Source of the DNA: Candidatus Omnitrophota bacterium
GTDB lineage: Bacteria > Omnitrophota > Gorgyraeia > JABMRG01
DNA length: 50,188 nt
Assembly: GCA_030593065.1 (NCBI GenBank)
Contig: JAUVHV010000010.1
Span: 1-50,188 of the forward strand
Direction: 5' to 3'
The notes below the pieces were generated by a model, which saw only the letters and a list, made by a program, of their open reading frames with translations, was not told the origin of the DNA and did not search any database. Numbering within the stretch: the stretch's first letter is position 1; each line of letters starts with the position of its first letter. Shown piece after piece: positions 44,276-50,188 of the stretch. The translations under genes were made by a program, and so were the position numbers.

Positions 44276-45925
44276 ATGTCATATATAGTATATGCGAGGA
44301 AATGGCGCCCACAATCATTTGATCAAATAGTAGGACAGGAACATATTACTACTACATTAAAGAACGCGATCAAACAGGATCGCGTAGCGCACGCGTATCT
44401 TTTTTGCGGGCCAAGAGGCATAGGAAAGACTACCACTGCGCGCATCCTTGCAAAGGCCTTAAATTGCGCAAAAGGGCCGACACCTTCTCCGTGTAATAAA
44501 TGTGTTTCGTGTATAGAGATAACAGAGTCAAAAAGCATGGATATCATCGAGATAGACGGAGCTTCCAACCGCGGAATAGATAAGATAAGAAACCTCAAGG
44601 AGAATATAAAATTTTCCCCGCAGCATGGGCAGTTTAAGGTTTATATCATTGATGAAGTCCATATGCTCACAACAGAAGCGTTCAACGCGCTGCTTAAGAC
44701 GCTTGAAGAACCACCGGCGCATGTAAAGTTTATATTTGCGACAACCGCCGCTTATAAGGTCATACCGACTATTTTATCTCGTTGCCAGCGTTTTAATTTC
44801 AGGAGGCTCTCTTCTCATGATATAGCCCGCAAATTGAAAGAGATCGCGAAGAAAGAGGGGGTCAGTATTGAAGAGGCAGCGCTATTTAACATCGTAAGGC
44901 AGTCAGCGGGCTCTATGAGGGATGCCGAGAGTCTCATGGATCAGCTTGCTACATATTGCAAAAATAAGATTACAGCAGAGGATACAAGCAACATTCTCGG
45001 CCTTGTTGAGCAGGATAGGCTCTATCAGTTTGCTCAGCACATAATAGATAAAGATACGCCATCTGCCATTAAATTTATCAGCAAGATAATGGATGAAGGA
45101 ACCGATCCTAATCAATTTCTTTTAAGCCTTGTGGAATATTTCAGAAACGCGATGCTTATCAGGGAGGGTAAGAGCTTAACCCCGCTTCTTGAGCTTACAA
45201 AGGATGAGGTGGAGAGAATCTCTACCCAGATAAAACCTCTCTCCCGGGAAGATATTCTCTATATACTTTATAGCATGATGAATGTGAGTAATAATATGCG
45301 CTGGTCTTCTATGCCAAAAGTTTCTCTGGAGCTTCTTGCTGTAAAACTGAGCAGTAAAGAGTCCATTGTCTCCCTTGGTGAGATAATGAACCGTTTAAAC
45401 AGCCTCGAAAAAGCAAGAACAGGAGTTACAGAAGCCGGGGCTGCCGAGGTAAAGGCTAATAGTGCGGATAGCAATATTGCCAGCGCTGTTTTTCAGGAAA
45501 TAAAGCCTATTCCTCTAGATGAGTCCAAGCCGGAGCTTTATCGTGTAAGAGAAGCATTGCAACTGGTTATAAAAAAGATTAGGCAGGAGAAGATCTATGT
45601 CGCGTCATGCCTTGAAGAAGGCCGGCTTATAGATTTTAAAGATAGTGTAATTACGCTTGGATTTTATAAGAAGAACATATTTCATAAAGAGAGCCTGGAG
45701 AAGCCGCAAAATAGAGACCTTATAGAAAATAATTTTAATAAAGCGCTTGGCTCTCAGGTCAGAGTTGAGTTTGTTATCACGGAAGATAGTAAGCAATTAT
45801 CCGATACTGCGAAGGCTGAAAAGCCTGGCCAGGCACGCCAAAGCTCCTTAAAGAGAGTACTCTCCGACCCGATAATAAAGAGTGCGTTGGATATCTTTGA
45901 TGGAAATATTATGAAATTCATGTAA
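44276..45925 (+). CDS. dnaX: DNA polymerase III subunit gamma/tau
   Basis: ARKWRPQSFDQIVGQEH, HAYLFCGPRGIGKTT, the zinc module CNKCVSC, IIDEVHMLT and SRCQRFNF. The ATG at 44276 (MSYIVYA) is preferred to the TTG at 44252. Confidence 0.9.
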   Translation: MSYIVYARKWRPQSFDQIVGQEHITTTLKNAIKQDRVAHAYLFCGPRGIGKTTTARILAKALNCAKGPTPSPCNKCVSCIEITESKSMDIIEIDGASNRGIDKIRNLKENIKFSPQHGQFKVYIIDEVHMLTTEAFNALLKTLEEPPAHVKFIFATTAAYKVIPTILSRCQRFNFRRLSSHDIARKLKEIAKKEGVSIEEAALFNIVRQSAGSMRDAESLMDQLATYCKNKITAEDTSNILGLVEQDRLYQFAQHIIDKDTPSAIKFISKIMDEGTDPNQFLLSLVEYFRNAMLIREGKSLTPLLELTKDEVERISTQIKPLSREDILYILYSMMNVSNNMRWSSMPKVSLELLAVKLSSKESIVSLGEIMNRLNSLEKARTGVTEAGAAEVKANSADSNIASAVFQEIKPIPLDESKPELYRVREALQLVIKKIRQEKIYVASCLEEGRLIDFKDSVITLGFYKKNIFHKESLEKPQNRDLIENNFNKALGSQVRVEFVITEDSKQLSDTAKAEKPGQARQSSLKRVLSDPIIKSALDIFDGNIMKFM

Positions 45926-46524
45926 TGGAAAAATATACTAAATCGATGTCCAAGCTGATACAGTCGCTTAAGAAGATGCCCGGGGTAGGCCCAAAAAGCG
46001 CTGAAAGGATGGCTTTTCATGTATTAAGGCTCCCTCATAGTGAAGCAAAATCCCTGGCATATTCCATATTAAAGGTAAAAGAGTCTATCAAATTCTGTAG
46101 GGTGTGCGGTAACCTGAGCGAGGAAGACACCTGTAATATATGTGATAATCCACAGAGGGATAAGACTATAATATGTATTGTGGAGCAGCCAACAGATATC
46201 ATTTCAATTGAAAAGTCAGGAGCATTTAAAGGCCTTTACCATGTGCTCGGCGGGTCACTCTCTCCTCTGGACGGAGTAGGGCCGGAAAACCTAAGGATAA
46301 AAGAGCTGGTTGCCCGTGTGAGGACACAAAAGGTAGAAGAGGTTATAGTAGCTACTGATTCAGATTCGGAAGGAGAGACAACGGCTCTTTACCTTTCAAT
46401 GCTTTTGAAGAAAGAGAAGATTAATGTTACGCGGATAGCTTACGGATTGCCAATGGGTTCAAACCTGGAATACGCGGATCAGCTAACATTAGCAAAGGCG
46501 CTTAAAGGAAGAAACCCTATTTAG
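45925..46524 (+). CDS. recR: Recombination protein RecR
   Basis: LKKMPGVGPKSAERMAFH (HhH), the C4 zinc finger CRVCGNLSEEDTCNICDN and the Toprim motif IVATDSDSEGETTALY. The ATG shares one base with the dnaX TAA. Confidence 0.95.
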   Translation: MEKYTKSMSKLIQSLKKMPGVGPKSAERMAFHVLRLPHSEAKSLAYSILKVKESIKFCRVCGNLSEEDTCNICDNPQRDKTIICIVEQPTDIISIEKSGAFKGLYHVLGGSLSPLDGVGPENLRIKELVARVRTQKVEEVIVATDSDSEGETTALYLSMLLKKEKINVTRIAYGLPMGSNLEYADQLTLAKALKGRNPI

Positions 46525-46526
46525 TC

Positions 46527-46555
46527 TTGACATAGCAGTTGGTTTTTAGTATAGT
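46527..46555 (+). promoter_or_regulatory. Sigma-70-like promoter (TTGACA, 17 nt, TATAGT)
   Basis: TTGACA at 46527-46532 and TATAGT at 46550-46555. It lies upstream of the small membrane protein and the oxidoreductase genes. Confidence 0.55.
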
Positions 46556-46613
46556 AATAAAAATCTTGTCTATATTTTAGTTATTATGCAGCTGAAAAAA
46601 GGAGGATGTCAGG

Positions 46614-46895
46614 ATGAAAGAGTATAAATTTTTAAAAATAGCACGTACAATCTTTAAGGTACTGGGCTGGATAGTACTTGGGGTTGGTATAGTGACAGGC
46701 GCAATAGTGCTTATTACAGGAGGAAACGCTCCTGTAATTACACCTCAAGGCGTTGAAATTCCTCCAACACCAAGAGCAGCGGGCCTGATTTTTATGCTGA
46801 TGGGCGCTTTTTATTTTCTTATCATGTATACAATTTCAGAGATTATAAATATACTCCTTGATTTAAAAGCAAGCTGTAATAAGCCGGTAGCTTAG
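46614..46895 (+). CDS. Small two-TM membrane protein, hypothetical
   Basis: AGGAGG RBS. It has two hydrophobic helices (VLGWIVLGVGIVTGAIVLI and AAGLIFMLMGAFYFLIMYTI). No family was recognised. Confidence 0.45.
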   Translation: MKEYKFLKIARTIFKVLGWIVLGVGIVTGAIVLITGGNAPVITPQGVEIPPTPRAAGLIFMLMGAFYFLIMYTISEIINILLDLKASCNKPVA

Positions 46896-46912
46896 TCTGC
46901 GGAAAGTAAAAG

Positions 46913-47476
46913 ATGATAGAGATACGTTGGCATGGCCGTGGGGGCCAAGGGGCAAAGACTGCCTCACAATTTATTGCTGAAGCCGCACTCGGCGCAGGTA
47001 AATATATACAGGCTTTTCCTGAATATGGGCCGGAGAGGGCAGGCGCTCCTATCCGTTGTTTTACAAGGATTGCTGATAAACCGATAACTGTTCATTCGCC
47101 GGTGACTAATCCTTATGCTGTTGTTGTAATAGATCCTACCTTGCTCGACTCCATAGATGTAATAGAAGGCCTGATCGAAGATGGTGTTCTTCTAGTCAAC
47201 TCTGCTAAGGCCCCCAAAGTTATTCGCGAAAAACTTAAGCTTAAAAAAGGTAAAGTAGCTACAGTAGATGCTACAAAGATATCATTAGAAACCTTAGGCA
47301 TACCAATGCCCAATACCCCTATGCTGGGAGCATTGTTAAGGGTTAAGGATGTTGTCTCTATGGATATTCTTATCAGCCAGGTGAAGAATAAGTTTCTTAA
47401 GAAGATAGGCGCTGAAAAGACAGACGCAAACATTGATGGTATCAAACGTGCGTATCAGGAGACAGAGATAGGATGA
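46913..47476 (+). CDS. porG: 2-oxoacid (probably pyruvate):ferredoxin oxidoreductase gamma subunit
   Basis: IRWHGRGGQGAKTASQFIAEAA, and gamma-delta-alpha-beta gene order. Confidence 0.85.
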   Translation: MIEIRWHGRGGQGAKTASQFIAEAALGAGKYIQAFPEYGPERAGAPIRCFTRIADKPITVHSPVTNPYAVVVIDPTLLDSIDVIEGLIEDGVLLVNSAKAPKVIREKLKLKKGKVATVDATKISLETLGIPMPNTPMLGALLRVKDVVSMDILISQVKNKFLKKIGAEKTDANIDGIKRAYQETEIG

Positions 47477-47745
47477 ACAAAAAAGGCTGGAAAGAGATAC
47501 CCATAGGCGGACTTATAGATGAGGCAGGTTCCGCAAAAAAGTATAACACAGGCAGCTGGAGGACGTTTAAGCCTGTTGTGGATGAATCCAAATGTATAAA
47601 TTGCCTTCAATGTTGGATATATTGTCCTGATTCCAGTGTAGTTGTAAAAGGCCAGAAGATGGTAGGTTTTGATTACGATCATTGTAAGGGGTGCGGGATA
47701 TGTGCTTCTATCTGTCCTGTAAAGTGCATTAAAATGGAGAAATAA
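47473..47745 (+). CDS. porD: 2-oxoacid:ferredoxin oxidoreductase delta subunit (2x[4Fe-4S])
   Basis: CINCLQCWIYCP and CKGCGICASICP ferredoxin motifs. Confidence 0.85.
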   Translation: MNKKGWKEIPIGGLIDEAGSAKKYNTGSWRTFKPVVDESKCINCLQCWIYCPDSSVVVKGQKMVGFDYDHCKGCGICASICPVKCIKMEK

Positions 47746-47751
47746 TAGCAA

Positions 47752-48936
47752 ATGGCAAAGATAACACCATTGACAGGCGACCAGGCCGTAGCAGAGGCGA
47801 TGAGGCAGATAGATCCGGATGTAGTAGCAGCCTATCCCATAACGCCGCAGACAGAGATCGTTATGACATTTTCACAGTTTGTAGCTGACGGAAAGGTAAA
47901 GACAGAGTTTATACCTGTTGAGTCTGAACACAGCGCTATGAGCGCGTGTGTAGGTTCTGCCGCTGCTGGCGCGCGTACCATGACAGCCACATCTGCGAAT
48001 GGCCTCGCTCTTATGTGGGAGATAGTGTATATAGCGGCATCGATGCGCCTTCCCATAGTAATGCCTGTTGTAAACAGAGCGTTGTCAGGGCCTATAAATA
48101 TACACTGCGACCATTCTGATAGTATGGGAGCGCGTGATTCAGGATGGATACAGATGTATGCGGAAAATGGACAAGAGGCTTACGAAGACACCATACTCGC
48201 AATTCGCATTGCTGAGCGCAAAGATATATTGCTTCCTGTAATGGTTTGCCAGGATGGGTTTATTACCAGCCATTCTGTTGAAGGCGTTGAGTTGCTTGAG
48301 GATAAACTTGTTAAAGATTTTATAAGGGAATATAAGCCATGCATGCCTACCCTCCTGGATACAGATAAGCCTGTAACTTATGGGCCTTTGGATCTTCAGG
48401 ATTTTTATTTTGAACATAAGAGGCAGCAATCAGAGGCTATGAAAAACGCGATGGCAACTATCCCAAAGGTAATGGATGAGTTTAACAGGACATTTGGAAA
48501 GTCCTGTAATATTATAGAAGAGTATAAAATGGATGGTGCGGAAGTCGGTATAATAGTGATGAGTTCAACAGCAGGCACAGCCAAAGTTGTGGTAGATGAA
48601 TTAAGAGAACAGGGCCTTAAAGTAGGGCTTATACGCCCACGCTTATTCAGGCCATTTCCCGCGCAAAAAATTATAGATGCTATCTCAGGGCTCAAGGCAG
48701 TTGCTGTGCTTGATAGAGCTGAATCTTTTTCTAATTGTGGCGGCCCGCTATTTAATGATATAAGGGCAGTTATGTACAATTCCGAAAAGAAGCCGCTTAT
48801 GCTTAATTATATTTTTGGTTTAGGAGGCAGGGATATATTTCCAAAAGATATAGCAGATGTATATAAAAAACTTTTTAAGATAGTCAGCGCGAACAGAGCA
48901 GAGGAAAGCATAAATTATATCGGAGTAAGAGAATAA
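47752..48936 (+). CDS. porA: 2-oxoacid:ferredoxin oxidoreductase alpha subunit
   Basis: LTGDQAVAEA, AAYPITPQTEI, ESEHSAMSAC and the overall size and layout of the POR alpha subunit. Confidence 0.9.
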   Translation: MAKITPLTGDQAVAEAMRQIDPDVVAAYPITPQTEIVMTFSQFVADGKVKTEFIPVESEHSAMSACVGSAAAGARTMTATSANGLALMWEIVYIAASMRLPIVMPVVNRALSGPINIHCDHSDSMGARDSGWIQMYAENGQEAYEDTILAIRIAERKDILLPVMVCQDGFITSHSVEGVELLEDKLVKDFIREYKPCMPTLLDTDKPVTYGPLDLQDFYFEHKRQQSEAMKNAMATIPKVMDEFNRTFGKSCNIIEEYKMDGAEVGIIVMSSTAGTAKVVVDELREQGLKVGLIRPRLFRPFPAQKIIDAISGLKAVAVLDRAESFSNCGGPLFNDIRAVMYNSEKKPLMLNYIFGLGGRDIFPKDIADVYKKLFKIVSANRAEESINYIGVRE

Positions 48937-49862
48937 TGGCTAATATAAAAGAGCTTTCAAAGCTTCCGGAGCGCTTAAGCCCTGGCCACAGGTTATGCGC
49001 AGGCTGCGGAGCTTCTATTGTGGCAAGACAGGTACTAATGGGCGCGGGAGAAAAGGATGTTGTTGCCGGGTCTGCTACGGGGTGTTTCGAGGTGGCTACT
49101 ACTATCTACCCTTTTACTGCCTGGAATATACCATTTATACATAACGCGTTTGAAAATGTTGCCGCTACTATAAGTGGCGCTGAGGCCGCGTACAAGTCAT
49201 TGAAGAGACAAGGCAAGATAAAGAAGGATATAAAATTTGTTGCTTTTGGCGGGGATGGCGGCACATATGATATAGGCCTGCAGTCACTTTCAGGAGCATT
49301 GGAAAGAGGGCATAATTTTGTGTATGTCTGTTATGATAACGGGGCTTATATGAATACTGGAATTCAACGCTCCAGCGCAACACCAACAGGCGCATCTACT
49401 ACAACAGCGCCCGCGGGTAAGGAGAGTTTTGGAAAGCCGCAGATCAGGAAAGACCTGACAGCTATAGTCGCGGCGCATAGGATACCATACGCGGCGCAGG
49501 CCTGCGTATCGCATTGGAATGACCTTGTTACAAAAGCGCAGAAGGCATTTGAAACCGAGGGCCCCGCGTTTTTGAATGTGTTGGCACTTTGCCATCGAGG
49601 ATGGAGATACCCGCAGGAAGAAGGTATCTCTATTGCCAAGACAGCTGTAGATACCTGTTTCTGGCCACTCTATGAGATTATAAATGGCAGAGAGTACAAG
49701 ATAAATTATAAGCCGAAGGATAAGAAACCTATTACAGAATGGCTCAGGACCCAAGGCAGATTTAAGCATCTGTTTAAACCGGGAAATGAAGAAGTGCTAA
49801 GCCGTATCCAGTCAGACATAGATGCTGAATGGGAATATCTTAATAAGAGAGCCGAGCTTTAG
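48936..49862 (+). CDS. porB: 2-oxoacid:ferredoxin oxidoreductase beta subunit (TPP-binding)
   Basis: GHRLCAGCG and the TPP motifs GGDGGTYDIG ... YDNGAYMNTG. Confidence 0.9.
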   Translation: MANIKELSKLPERLSPGHRLCAGCGASIVARQVLMGAGEKDVVAGSATGCFEVATTIYPFTAWNIPFIHNAFENVAATISGAEAAYKSLKRQGKIKKDIKFVAFGGDGGTYDIGLQSLSGALERGHNFVYVCYDNGAYMNTGIQRSSATPTGASTTTAPAGKESFGKPQIRKDLTAIVAAHRIPYAAQACVSHWNDLVTKAQKAFETEGPAFLNVLALCHRGWRYPQEEGISIAKTAVDTCFWPLYEIINGREYKINYKPKDKKPITEWLRTQGRFKHLFKPGNEEVLSRIQSDIDAEWEYLNKRAEL

Positions 49863-49882
49863 GTTAGGCTTTAGATAATTAT

Positions 49883-49930
49883 CAAGAACGGTTCTCAAAC
49901 ACAAGTATTTGTGTTTAAGAACCGTTCTTG
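49883..49930 (+). terminator. Long hairpin after porB (22-bp stem with one mismatch)
   Basis: CAAGAACGGTTCTCAAACACAA-GTAT-TTGTGTTTAAGAACCGTTCTTG followed by TTCTT. The T-tract is weak. Confidence 0.6.
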
Positions 49931-49978
49931 TTCTTAAACAGATTTGAAGCATAAATTCCGTTCTTTACATATAGATGT

Positions 49979-50054
49979 TCCTCGATAGCTCAGTTGGTAG
50001 AGCAGTTGGCTGTTAACCAATTTGTCGCAGGTTCGAGTCCTGCTCGAGGAGCCA
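49979..50054 (+). tRNA. tRNA-Asn (anticodon GUU)
   Basis: Acceptor TCCTCGA/TCGAGGA, D arm GCTC..GAGC, anticodon loop CTGTTAA, T arm GCAGG-TTCGAGT-CCTGC and an encoded CCA. Confidence 0.9.
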
Positions 50055-50096
50055 TAAATTTAGAACTCAGGGGAATTCCCTTGAGTTCTAAATTTA
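50055..50096. terminator. Near-perfect 42-nt palindrome directly after tRNA-Asn (possible bidirectional terminator)
   Basis: TAAATTTAGAACTCAGGGGAA|TTCCCTTGAGTTCTAAATTTA has 21 pairs with one G-T wobble. A short - strand ORF fragment (50103-50186, ...SAFTRFSSCI*) converges on it. Confidence 0.55.
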
Positions 50097-50188
50097 TCAC
50101 TCTCATATACAGGACGAGAAGCGAGTAAACGCCGACTCAAGGTCGGAAAAGCCGTAAGTCAAAGACCGGCGCCAGTGAACGAGGTGGG

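Noticed and set aside
50098-50188. A structured RNA (RNase P, SRP/4.5S, tmRNA or 6S) in the GC-richer tail.
   Set aside because: None of the universally conserved cores I know (for example GGAAAGUCCGGGC for RNase P, GGUCCGGAAGGAAGCAGCC for SRP, or a tRNA-like end for tmRNA) is present on either strand.

Overview
This is a gene-dense bacterial chromosomal window. Almost everything is on the + strand, with very short or overlapping intergenic spacers; only gpmA and tRNA-Leu are on the - strand.

- **Bases 1-12348:** the 3' part of a giant ORF, more than 4,100 codons with its start upstream of the window. It encodes a Thr/Ala/Ser-rich mosaic surface protein with many Ig-like repeats, a DUF1566-type module, a LamG-type module, a 7-8 blade propeller-like repeat block and a coiled-coil C-terminus.
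- **12387-14955:** a bitopic membrane protein, a secreted HEXXH (peptidase-MA-like) protease and a receiver-GGDEF diguanylate cyclase.
- **14952-22309:** an atypical F1Fo ATP synthase operon.
  - The gene order is c, b-delta fusion, alpha, gamma, beta.
  - No a subunit is visible.
  - A GIY-YIG cassette sits inside the operon.
  - A truncated epsilon gene is separated from beta by a GspE/PilB-type ATPase gene.
- **20317-28194:** a T2SS/type-IV-pilus-like cluster (E, F, G, two minor pseudopilins, K, PilM-N fusion, PilO-like). No secretin or prepilin peptidase is present in the window.
- **28209-50054:** housekeeping genes.
  - Translation and thiamine: glnS, thiE-S-G-H-F plus a ThiI-like PP-loop protein.
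  - Central metabolism: fbaB, gpmA, a second class I aldolase with a Zn-ADH, and a four-subunit 2-oxoacid:ferredoxin oxidoreductase.
  - Envelope and stress: an OMP, a GT2 glycosyltransferase and csp.
  - Iron uptake: feoA and feoAB.
  - tRNA editing and replication/repair: tadA, dnaX and recR.
  - Four tRNAs: Leu-GAG, Arg-ACG, Ser-GCU and Asn-GUU.
- **Repeat family:** a 28-nt palindromic REP-like element (GGGGTCAAGTCTYMACATTRYWACTTAA) recurs at five or more intergenic sites.

The combination of a giant ORF, a T2SS-like locus and compact gene packing is reminiscent of uncultivated small-genome lineages such as Omnitrophota. That taxonomic guess is inference only. All homology calls come from reading motifs by eye; no database search was run.
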